64,000 bases of DNA from assembly GCA_051294905.1 (NCBI GenBank), contig CM119371.1, positions 30,940,001-31,004,000 of the forward strand, in the 5' to 3' direction. The translations under genes and the position numbers were made by a program. The notes below the pieces were generated by a model. It was not told the DNA's origin and did not search any database. It was given only the letters and a program-made list of their open reading frames with translations. Source of the stretch: Botryllus schlosseri. Taxonomy: Eukaryota. Shown here piece by piece: positions 12,563-25,748 of the stretch (position 1 is its first letter; each line of letters begins with the position of its first letter).

Positions 12563-15500
12563 CTACAGAACATCTGCCCTTTCCGTCATCGCTATGGCCT
12601 CCGTACGCGTCTGTGCGGTCCGGGATGGTGTTTTTCCGATCCGCCTTATTTTTCTCCAAGCAATTTCCGGCAGGTCCGAATAAAGCAGCGGGTTCAGGGC
12701 GCTATTTATCGGCACGATTATAAGTCCAGTTGGCAAGTAAACATCTTTCGGCATATTCACTCCTGTTTAAAAAAGAGTATTCGGCGTTAAATTACTCAGT
12801 GCTAAATCTGCACTTCGGTTGCTGTTCAACCATAGCCGTTTGAAAAAAAAAACGCAGATGTGTTCTACAATGCGGTGTAAAGTAGCAACGCCTATATTCA
12901 CAGAGGCTCCATGTTAATTAGTGTCGACTCTATAGTGATTATATTACATATCTCAATGCAATCACAAGCGTTGCCAATTACGCCAAAAATGCCTTGATAT
13001 GTACGTGTGGATGACTCCAACTTAATCCTCTGGCAATGAGCAGCCTGAGCACACGCTTCGCCCCATGATGTGCCATTATGTGTTAAAAATTCGTTCAGTT
13101 GCAATTGCGCCATGCGACTCGGTGGATCAAATGTGTTTGCCATAAATTTAATACATCCGCAATATCATCATTTTCGGGAGCAAAATGAGAGTATAACTCA
13201 AAAAAAGAGAAATGAGAGTTGCTAAAGCTAATATTAGGCGATGTAACTTACAAATGTGAGCATATACGTTTAGAAGCATGAAAATCAATCTAATTGGAGG
13301 ATTTACTTTGTTAGGAAGTAATCCTTTTTCCGTGTTCCCGAATATACTGTCCCAGACAAATGCAAAATGGTAATTGGTACCAACGAGAATTCCATATTAG
13401 AAATTAATGTCGTTGATTGTGATATATTCGTATTTTATAGTGAAGTGCATGTGAATAGGTGTCCTCGGTGTATTCACTGGTCATGCTGCAATGATATCCA
13501 ACGCATCACATAGCTGAAGCCATTTCGCAACTAGAAAATTGCTATTTCTAGGCACAGAATTGCGTTGGTGCGTTTCACAAGTACTTCTTTACCGACCTTC
13601 TCGAATATTTCGGTTGAAATTTATTGCTATAATTCTTACCATTCAGAGTCAGGAAGCCCATTATGCATATTGGTATCCAGCACGAAAAATCCGAAATCAC
13701 AATCCTTGTCAGCTTGCGTTGTAGGTTTTTGGTATCTTCGTTTTTCATGTCTTCGCCCATAGCTAAGTTCTTTCTTGCTCGTCTACCAAGCATTAAGACA
13801 GTGTGCAAATAAGGCTGTAACGACTCGAGTCCGACTCGAGTCACTATTTTTGATGACTCGAATTGACTCGAGTCATTTTCTCAAAATACGGAAATGACTC
13901 GATACGAGTCAATCTGTGAATTTACTCGAGTTGGACTTGCGCATTGCGCATGACTCGAACTAAGTTATATGACTCGAGAATCAGGCGACCAATACCGACA
14001 TCTCATTGTAATTTCGAAGAATAGTGAAGTAACCACACTACTGCGATTTCGTCTATTGGTGCTGGCACTTGAGAATGCCATCATAAACTGCTAAAAGTGA
14101 CAAAAATTAGTATATTATAAATGCTAAACATATCAGCAAACAGATTTATAAAAAGTGGGTTTAACACGACTTTAACTGGAAACTGAGCAGCAATGTTCCC
14201 TCTAAGCTGCGCACGTACGCAAATGCGCAGTACTTTCACGGTCTCTGCGCACAGAAAATCTAAGCTACGCGCAAAAAATCTTAAGTGATGACCTTTTTTT
14301 AGTCGTTACGCACTGTTTTCCAAGGGTCTGCGCAATGAGTTGGTGAGTGTGCGCAGACCCGTCAAAAATTAGAGGGAACATTGCTGAGCAGTCAACACAA
14401 TGAATTGGACTCGGACTCGAGTCACAATACCACGACTCATACTTGACCCTCTGATCTCTGACTGGGACTCGGACTTGACTTGGTGGGAATTGAACATGAA
14501 TCGACTTGACTGGAGTCAAAACTATAAAAGTGTCTCGGAGCCCAGTAACGTGGTTACAATCCTGGTACAAATTCCAATAGAGGCAAAAAGAAATCAGAAT
14601 TATAGGAAATGGATTGTAATGTTGATCAGAATATTACCATGTAAACCTTATTATTCGAGATAAGCTGTCGTCTAAATGTCAATATTCCCCGCAGTTGAAT
14701 TTATTTTGGTAAAACAAAATATACAGTTTTGAAGATACCGATTTCCCGATCATAACCGAGCACCTGCATAAATTGATTCCGAATCGAGTGTCAAGTTACT
14801 CATTGAGTCGAGCGATTGAATATCACTCATTATGCCGTCATACACACTTGGGGATTTGAAGAATTAAAATGCAGGCCTGCCCACCTTTCGTGCGACCAGA
14901 TATCAACTATTTTCAATAAAACTCTGCCAAAAATAATTTCGTCTGACTTTACTATAATTATGACGTAACGAATTATGACTGCTTCATGGCAATCTCGCAT
15001 ATTGAATGCATTTCCCTTTGCTTCATATTTTGGATGCTGTAGTGTGAAGGAATCATCGAATCGAAAATTAATTTTTATAACGTATAAATAATTGGTTATT
15101 AACCTGGGGAATACTGACGCCAATCTGCAAGCCTTCACAGAACCTCGTATTTTCTTCGAATCACAAAAACAAAAATCTCCAACAAGATTCATCTAACTAC
15201 GCATCGAATACGGCACTAGATTACTATTGCACAATGTTAGCGGCGACGCGTTAAAAGAACAAAACCATGAAAGTATAAAGTTTACACAGAACAAATATGT
15301 TATATGATGAGGTGTTGCAAATCGCTGTAATTTCTTCTATCCCCTTTCAGATACCCGTTCAATGCGGAGTCTCGCCATAGAAAGTGGCAGCGCGTTGTTT
15401 CGCCTAAACGCAGCAGTGTGCTATCACTTGCTCAATTACAAAGGAGCTCATATAAATTTTGAGACAGAATTGGCATTTCAGAAGGACGGGGTTTCGATTC

Positions 15501-18500
15501 CAATCCCCAGCCTCCCCTGCGTAAGCCACTGAGCACCACGTACCTTCGCAACAGTCAGTTTTCGACTACTGATAGGGCCGAGTTTTGTTACAACAACGAT
15601 GGCCGAGACGAGTGTATACTGTATAATCTCAAATCATAAATATGAGATGAGTGTTGTTGTTGGTGTTTTTCAAGGATTTCCCGTGTATGACTCGGATGTC
15701 CCCGAGTTTTCCATGGAACTCCGGTTAAGAACCTCTGGTATAAGTTCCGTATTGCAGTGATGGGATATAGTCACTACCTTTGAGCCACGAGTCATCTCGA
15801 GTCATTAGACATTCTGACTCGAGTCAACTCAAATCGCTCGTTTTTCTTGGAGGTGACTGGAGTCACAATTCAAGTCAAATTGAATTTTCGAAGTATGAGT
15901 GATGATTCAAAGTCATTACATTTTGCTACGTGCTTGAACGACAGATTTAATTGGCCATTTATCTTGTATCAAATAACGAACGTAAAGCTACGTTATTATC
16001 AGTCAAAATTGAGGATGGAATCCGAAGCTTCGAGAAGTTTTAACAAATTGACATGGTACAATACACTACCTTTCTACACATCTGTGAGAATATAAACGCA
16101 TAAACTATCTTCCTTCGATTTAAATCACACATGAGGGTTGGTCAGGGTGAGCACCGCGCAATGCAAGCACTGCACCGTCTAAGGAAGAGTGATACGTTGC
16201 TATTAGATTAATCTACTACTACTACGACAACATAAGCTGTGATCATTTTGTTTGTGGTCGATTTATTTGTGATGTAACCATGAAAGGTCAGTGAAACGTA
16301 AAATCAGAGAATGACCGGTTGCTCTCACAAGTGACATATTCGTACCGCGAACAGTCCGAAGATACACAAGATGCAGTGACCTGGAAGCCATTCACTTAAC
16401 GACTTGAAATTGGCTCGTAAATTTTGCTCCAAGTCACGAATCAATCCATATTTCTGAAGCGCCGAGTCAGTCAAGTCAAGTCATTTCGGCGAAGTTAGTC
16501 GAGTTAAGTCAAGTCATATCGAAATGTTAACTCGAGTCATCCTAACACTGCTGTATTGGAAGAATAATGGGCTGGTACTGCACGACTTCAATCATTTATT
16601 ACGGACAGGACTGTGATTTTAGTATATAGCCTACTTGAATCATTGTGTATAGCCCCATTCGGGTTTGGCATCTTGACAGAGCATACCTCTCCATTTATCA
16701 CGCACAAGCGTTACGGATAAACGTATTGTTTTTGAGCAATCAGTACATCACAAAACATTACCTGTAGAATTGAATGTAACAAACCACCATAAAAAGGAAC
16801 GATGAAAAGTTGATGAGCAGAAGAAAAAACGTGTATCCCCACGCCTTGTCCATCGACGGGTCGGGGAAAAACGTTGGAAGGCAAACTGTGTGGCTCGAAT
16901 AGTATCCGAATTCATACGCCACTGTTGTATTTGGATCAATTTTCTGGATCAGACCCCGCATTCGGCTCCAGTCTGTCTCTCTGTGAATCAGATGTCATTT
17001 ATCACAGGTAACGGTAGGGGAACCTGAGAAAGTGAAAACGTTACCCGGATTCCTGTATTTGATCCGCGATCAATGGGCTAAGCCAGTTTTTCATGTATGG
17101 GATTTCCTGATAATGCATCACCTTGAAAATGCTATTTTGGGAAAACCTGAACATTGAATATAAATTGACTGGGGGATTGATACTTTGTTAATTTGATTAT
17201 GGGTTCATAAATCGTATCTCGGACCTACGGATTGAAGGCAGAGGTGGGAGCGGAGGTGTACACTAGGATCAAACTAGGCACTAACCAAATGTTTTTATTG
17301 GACCCAATTAGATTCTGGAAACCAGTTTTCCAAACAATACGTGCGGACATCTGATATACCAACACCTATAAGTACATTCAAATAGGCCTCAACGGGAATT
17401 CAAACCGCATGACTTAAGGAAGCTATCTATCTATATTGTTGAACGAAATTTTGAAGCCCGTCGGTTACTAAAATTTACTGGAAATACCAAACTAGTTAAA
17501 TAGCCTAAAACGATAGCCAGACTCAAACAGAAAATCGTTAACGGACTATCAGATCAGACGCAAAGTAAGTTTAGTGTCACGTACCCAATGCTGCTGACAA
17601 AGTAATCTTCAATCTGCGGAATCAGCGGGATGATACCCAGCAATATCGATCCCGTCCAAGATATAGCAATCGCGATGGTCACATATGCAACGTTAGGTTT
17701 TGAGAAGGGTCTGGAATCGATAAGCGAAATGTATTGTAGAAAAATCCAACGATATACCAGAAAACCTTCGCTTCTGACTTACTGATCAACCGAGTCACGC
17801 CATTTAGTACAGTGTTGTGCAGAATTTTTTACAGGTGGGTGCTATCAGGTTTTTCAAGACAGCTGTTTTAAGTGGCGTGTGTGCACGGAAATAACTTTAG
17901 AAATATTGATCGGCAAAACAACAGTGATCAAAAATTAATCCATTATTGGAAATAACGAATGGGAGACAGCATTATGAAATAATTTGTATCAAATACGTCT
18001 ACATATTATAGTGAGTGGCCTGTAGAGCTATGCAAACGATATCATGCAGAGCAGGCAATCTCGCAGCCCATTAGGCCATGGTTAGGGTCTCCGTGTCCTG
18101 CAGTGGACAGGAAGAATAATTCAGAAACTCAATCAGGTATATTGTCCCGTCTCAAGGGAATTGCAATGGAGCTACCCACATGTCCAACGCTGACATGAAA
18201 AGTTTGAAGAAGTCATTCTGCGACTCGCACAATGATCGAAATTCTCTGCGTATTTGGCCTGCAGCCAACCGAATCAAATATTAGCCGACCTCGTAATGAT
18301 ATAAACAATCTGATGAGCCCAGAAACTGTATTGGTGATGGTATTGGTATCCACTATGCGGCAATCTACGTAAATAATGTATGCGCTTTGGTTGAAGGAAG
18401 AAACTTTATGGGATGATTGTACCGTCATGGATTCACAGGTATTATCTATCGTAGCAAGAGTATTTACCTCATAACAGAATATAACCTTTGAGCTGCAATT

Positions 18501-19872
18501 ATAACCATCGTGAAAACCGATTGCTCAGATCCAATGACCAATATCGCACCTAGTGCAGAACAGGTGCCGCTGCTTCTCCATTCTATGTCAACTTTGCAAT
18601 AATCCGTGCCGGATTGCGAAGCCTTTATGCATATCGAGAACGCATAGATCTGCAAAATGTGAGGGTGATATCCATGTGTGGTTGAATACGTTACATGTTG
18701 CAAAGGATCAATGTTTCTTACCCCGACAAGCAAATCCGAAACAGCAAGATTCAATACCAATCGGTTCATTAGTTTATTTGATTCCGAGCTGATTCTCGCT
18801 TTACTGCTGATGATTACGGTCTTGATTATATGCCGTACGGATATAACAACTACTGCAGAGCATCCGACCAATGCCACCAAGCCTGAGACAGAGTGCGAAA
18901 CACATTGCTACGATATTTTGTTACATCGATGCACACATAGTGCCGTGACTATACAAAACTTATTTGGGACGATTTTTGCTCTGTAGCACCGGAACTCATT
19001 TGACACGACGATGATGAATTTGATATTACTGCATTGACGCAGAAAGAAGTATGAAATTCGTTAAGAATGATAGGCACACACATTTTCTCCTCGAATAAAG
19101 CCTATCCAGTATAAAAATACACATCTGTGTGGCAATTAGTATATAGGGCATGATTTGTTGCATTACGCACTGGTCGCCAATCCGGAATGTGGCGCGAAAA
19201 CATGAATTTCCGCTTAACTTCAGATCATGATGTACGATTTCGACTCCTGAAATCACTTGCAACCAGCAATCTTCGCATTTTGTATTGAAATAAAATTTAG
19301 GTCTTTAATTCTTTGTGGTTGTACTGCGTAACAGATAACGTCTTCGTAAGACAGGATCTTGTATACATAACGTAAAAGGGAAGTGATATTGTCGGTACTG
19401 TATAAGCACTTGGTGTAGCAGTCACTTGGCGCTTATGCTCTGCGCCATGTGCGCCGGAAGGCTGCTAGGGGCGGAAAATTGTGAGGTGAAGACCTTTTCT
19501 TTCATTTAGTTAGTCAACACAACAAGATATCCAATAAATACAATTCAACAGCTCGAAATTATTTCAAAATTTGGGCGGCATTTTCAACGAAAGCCATCGG
19601 CAGCAACATATGCCCCTATGCTATCGTGTTTGAGTGCAATTAAACAAACATGGCCAACCGTCATTGAATATGTCGTTTAATACACGATTAATACCTCGAA
19701 TTCTTGTATGAGAAAATGCACAAAATAAATTAATATAGCTACTTATTATCCAGCTGATTGCAAGAATTGATTTGTTGGTAATCATTGACTTTTCATCCGA
19801 GAAAGTGCTGTTAATACAACCGGGTTGACATTCATCGGATGCCGACTTACAATCCTTCACACCGTCACATAC
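12563..19872 (-). CDS. GPCR seven-transmembrane domain and C-tail (LGR/RXFP type)
   Basis: TM2 LNLAVSDLLVG; TM3 CSALGAILVIGSEQSVFTMVIIAAQRL; ECL2 GYYSSHTVCLP; TM5 LLINFSSFLFMVVCY; TM6 RIVISDFSCWIPICIMG; TM7 VPINSALNPLLYS. These match LGR/relaxin-receptor 7TM motifs. Stop at 12565-12563. Confidence 0.92.
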
Positions 19873-22800
19873 CTGTAATAAAAAAATGATGCCTCCAACT
19901 AGGTCAGACGTATTAATGTTATTGATCAGGCAAGACATATCCGGCAATGCTTTGAGATGCAGCAAAGCTATAATTATAAGGATCAGACGTATTAATGTTA
20001 TCGGTCAGGTAAGACATGCACAGCAATGCTTTGAGATGCACCAAGGATATAGTTATAATGGTGTGTTATTTCGAACAATATAAAGGATGAAAGCGATTTG
20101 ATCGCTCGGTGGTTGACCGATTTTGGTTTACATCGTGCTAAATGTGAAAATGTCAGCAGCTGTATGTTAATATGTTGTGTTTACCACCGGCTGATAAATT
20201 CGGGTATTCAAAGCGAATAGAACTCACAGAATGATTTTCCGCATAATCCCTTGACGATGTGCACAATGAGTACAATTTATGGGCAAAAATATTTGTTGTA
20301 CTGACAAGTGGACCCATATGCATGCACCAAACGCTACTGACATATATTTGACCTTGCTTAATTTATTCGTCGAATATTCGCAGTAAGTCAAATTCTTGGA
20401 TCCGATGACACGTTATGGTCCGAAACCGCCAGTATACCATAGAGGCGTACGGACCAAGGTTTTACGGGATCCTTATCCAATCCTGTTCGATAAAATGGAG
20501 TACTGATTCAATCCGGATCCTATTTCCGTCTCAATTGTCAAAATCCAGATCCAAAAATATCATGCACAAGGTTGAGCATCTATTTGACCATGTCGTCGAA
20601 ATTAGACCTCGGTGATGCAATGGAATTTGCTATTAGGGATTTTTCGAATAATAGCGTTGCAATGCCGAAGCCAGCTTCGTCCAAGTTCACACAAAATATC
20701 GAAGTAAACAACATAAAGTCCCTTTCATCCACTAGAAATTTAGAATCCTGTCCTGATCCGAATCCAGCTGTTGGCCAAAAATGTGAATCCGGATCCAATC
20801 CATATTTTTTTGCGAATTTTATAGGGACTCCGCAATCTATTTTTGTAACTATAATCCAGCGGTTACCAACGTGAGCTATTTTGAAAAATAAGGAGGTGAA
20901 AATAACAAAGGGGGCGACTGGGGGGGCGATAGGGGGAGAAATGCTTGAACGTCCAGTGAGGTATATTTAATAACCACGGTCAAAAAGGAAATTTGAAGAC
21001 CGCTTATTCCGAATTTGTTACGAAGCAAAAGTCAACTAAACGGAAAGTAGACCCTGAAAACGTTTTTCCGAGCACCTACCACTCCAGAAAATGACCTTTT
21101 TTCAGACTTGGGCGAATTAATTCCCCAGCGATCAGAGTTACGTGATATGATTTCCCGATTACATTTCGGATCCGTAAATATGGGAGGCGGGAATTTGTGT
21201 CGAAATGTGTAAGGGGGCGATGACTCGAAAAAGTCTGGGAACCACTGAATAAACGAATATTAAAATATGAAGCATTGCAACGTTTACTTACCAATTCCAT
21301 AGAAAGATAATCCAACTTGCCGTCATCTTTGCAGGCAAAATGGTAGCAATTCGCTTCGTCCGCTTCGTTTTCGCAATCCTGAAGCACAAGTAAAACAGGT
21401 TTCAGTATCAAATTCATCTCAATATACAACAATCTTCAACGACTACTTAAGTGATGCGAGTCTTGGTCCTGCCTATTTCCAAAATATTTGGTTGCACCAG
21501 AAACGCTAAAAATTGTTTGCTTGCCTTCGTTGCGCATTCAGAAAATACTCAAAAGATTTGGTGTTCGGAACATAGAAGATATGAGAAAGCTAGAAATAAC
21601 CCAGTTTATATACCCTCAAATTTCAACAACTACTTCACCTCGGAGTCAAAAGCTCACAAGTACAATACACTCGCGTCCTCGAAGAACAACTACCAAAATG
21701 ATCAGGGCGGAATACAGGAAACACATTGCTCTATCAAGTATGCCGGACCATAATTGTGGAGCAGCATCTCGTCGGCTATACGACAGTTGTCGAGCATGTC
21801 CACATTCAAGTCTATATATAAGCAATTTCTGCTAAATGGATACCAGTCAGCCTACCGGACCCTGAGCTGACATATCGATCTCGCCGTCAGCCCCATGCTA
21901 CCTCATTTTGTCGCTTGCGTTCTATACTCTGCTTTACTTTTCATTCAGTGTGCATGCCTCTTCGCTACTTCGATTTTAGGCCCATGTGGGTCTACACATA
22001 TGGAATCACACTAAACTGAGAACAGTGGGCATTACGCGTCACTGCATAAAATACTGCTATTGATTTAATGCAGTGTTTCCCAACCTTTTTCCACCCACGT
22101 ACCATTTTGAGGTTTTATGCAGTGCTCGCGTACCACCTATATAAGTTACGTGCGTTTCCACAATTTATGACGTCATACTCACGTATTTGACCTATGCGAG
22201 GTGCATTAACACATTCTATTAAACTAGGCCAGGGATGTCAAACATACGGCCCGTGGGCCGGATCCGGCCCGCCAGACGATTTTATCCGGCCCGCATAGCA
22301 ATTCTGAGTAGGCTACATTGAAAAAGGATTATATTATACATCATATCCACAATAATAAAATGAATTAAAACGTCCGGGTTGACAGTTAAATATCTTGTAT
22401 TAATCACAACGCACACGCAGGGATAACGCCAGACAAGCTTTTTGCCATTCACGGCCCATTTCGACTACTCGTGTAGCCTATGGCCGCATTCCAGGGCATA
22501 GTCGTAATGAACGAGCTGGACGCCAAATACCCAGGTTAAAGTGTCTATGTCCATTTCTGGTGACCTCCGGAGTAATCTATTTAATGACAGGCTTACTATG
22601 CGCACCCAAATCGCGAGTGATCACTGGTAATGTTAAGGAAGGGGGTGATCATATAGTCGCACGCAGCGCGAAAAAAGATTCATATTCACCAATGAATTTC
22701 GTCATTGATATTAGTAGTTTTACATATTACCATCAAACATTTATCCTTTCTCATCCCGTGTGATCAGTTCCACTGGAATAGAGTTAAAGTAGGGGTGTTA

Positions 22801-25714
22801 AAGCAAGTTATAAATTATGATGCATCTTCGGGTGGGCCAATTTGTTAGTATAGTGAGGAGCACACGATTCGAGCTGATATATCCATGCGAGGCGCATCAT
22901 TTTCCACTGATGTTCGCATCTGTATTGTGGGGCTCTGATTGCAAAGGGTGCTACGATATTAAAATCGAAAAATGAACTCTTATTAAATCGCGCGCAGCGC
23001 GACGAATATTTCAAGATTAATTAAAATCTTTCAAGAAGTCGGGAGTCAATTCGAAAATTCGAATTCGCACAAATTCCCTCTTACGGCCACAAGTTGACGA
23101 ACCCCTGGACTAAAGCCAAGGGAACACTGAAATATGTCTACTTGCATCGCAGGTAATGCCATTGTTTTAGCGGCTCTTAACTGTATTCAACCGGACAAAC
23201 ATCGTATTTTCGTCAATTTCATTGCTCGCAAATAATGGTGTTGCGACTCGCTAGAATGAAACCCCTACGATCCGTGTATTATCTATAAATGCTTGATAAT
23301 AAAGTATTCCAGCGTGAAGCAATGGCACGAGGCAACATTTTGGATTCCGTTAACTGGTCCGGCCCGCGAGCGACTTCATGACTTCGATCCGGCCAGCGAT
23401 GCAATTTGAGTTTGACACCCCTGAACTAGGCATTATCAGCCAGGGTTGATGGGGATGTATGGAATTGTTTTTTCACCACCAGTCACAAGAAGAACAACTT
23501 GATGAACAACACACAACAAAAGTCAATTTATTTAATGCGATGGCTGCATTTTTTTATTTTCCACTAGCTTGCAAATGCGTGGCATACGTTTGCTTACAGA
23601 GAATCGAAAGTCATGTATGGGTGCAACAAGTCATCAGGGATGAAAATCCTTGCTCGCATTCCCACGTTCAAGGGAAAATTAGCAGCTGGGGAATAGCGGG
23701 AGACGATGGCTTCAAAAAACTCAAAATCAACCTCACCTGAACCTCCCTTCGGTCAAAAAAAAAACAGAATCTACTCGCGTACCACCTGGAAGACCTTCGC
23801 GTACCACTAGTGGTACGCGTACCACAGGTTGGGAGCCACTGATTTAATGAAATCTATAATCCATAACGGTTGTCCGATGGAACAGTGATATCCGATGTAG
23901 GCTATAATAAAACACCATACAGTCGACTTCGCTAAATTCAGACACTTTGCTACCGCCTTGATTACAGAATGATTCAAAATATAGTGTCCTTCCTGTATTA
24001 CTTGGTAACACAGCCATACTTTGTATTTAATAGTGGAGATAGAACACTGCAAAGCCATGCAGCATAGGCTGAAACAGTATTTTTATGCATCATTAGGTTT
24101 TACAAGATGGATGCAATTGTGTCTAAGAAAAAGCGACTATGAAGCTGACCCGAACTTGAATGGGATCATTTTCGATTGGAACCGAATCGAGCGTCATGGT
24201 CTCATCAGAATCACTCATCTTGTCTTAAAAGCAACGGATTAACGATGGGAATTGCCAACATGTGTCCGAATTACTGGGATTTTTTTATGTGCGGTTTTGT
24301 TTCGTTTCCGATAATTTTTAGCGAACAAAACGGTTGTCCGGGTTAACAGTCGTCCGAAATAATCGTATTCGACAGCATATGTTATTTTCTGGATTTTTAG
24401 TGTATTGAGCAAAAGAACGGGATGATACGAATATTGTATTCATCACGTATTTCAGAGAATGGCACAAACAGTAATTATAAGGTTATCGGCTCGCGCCTCT
24501 TCAATACTTGTCAGGGCGACCAAACTCCACCACTCGGAAGTCCGTCGTAATATACGTACATTTTGTTTATCGCATTTCTTCTCAATGGGAATATTCGGCA
24601 AAGGTTTGTCGGTGCAGTAAAATCTGTGGTGACAATAAGCAACATAAAACCGGTTTGCAGTTCGTACCTTGGAAACAGGTAGTCTACGTGTGACTACGGT
24701 ATAACAATGCTAACAAATATTTTATGGCGATGTTGAAGAGATGTCGCAGCATTATATTATGAGCAACCACATCTCCACCTACGCAAGTGAACAATATGGT
24801 AATTAAACGACAAAGAGGTTTCTCAGTAATTAGAAGTTGATGTGACTAACAAATAACCAATGGTGTTTATTTGAGTGACAAATATTTAAGCTGCAGTTCA
24901 GGGTAAATCATTTCAGAGAACGAAATCGGAGTAAACTTTTTATGCGTTCGCAAATCCGCTTATAAACTGTGTTGTATATTAATCTTTTGCAAATTATCCA
25001 TTTCGTTTTGATCAGATTGCATTATCTTAGGATACACCATCATATGGTGGGGGCTGAAGCGTTTTCGCATCGCATAGCCTGGTAGGAGTCAACGATCGTC
25101 TCTTTCATATTAGGGATAGTAATAACGAATAATAGACTTTTGACACATCGATTGCTAATAGGGCGACACAACAGTGTAAATATGTTTCATATCTGATAAG
25201 CAACGCGACCATGCAGTCGATCAGCTTATAAGGAAAACTTAACACATCTTCCACTCTGTTGTGATAACGCAGATAATACGCATTGAGATGATGTCAGAAC
25301 ATTGGATCAACCGATTGGAGATCGAAGAATGATTTAAAACAAGACTCTATATCATTTTCAGTTTGGAGAGTGTACCTTGAAATGCAGCCGATTTCGTCCG
25401 CGTAGTCGTTACAATCCATTTGTCCGTCGCACATATTTTTCACATCAAGGGTGCGATCGCGTTCGCCTGATATTCCGTATACTTTGCATCTATTCAAAAT
25501 AAAGACAACTGCGGTATTCCGAAATCACGCAATCTACACTATTGTCGTTGGTTGTCTTGAAAATTTGTTACCATGTCAGTCTATTTGTTTACTTTGACGT
25601 CAGTCAATAAACGGTAACAACCACGGTGTAGTGTTATATGAACCGAACTGTAAATTTGAGTGAACTGTAAATTTCCGCCTGTTGTAAAATGACCAATGTA
25701 GTCTACAACAACTG

Positions 25715-25748
<34 letters not shown>

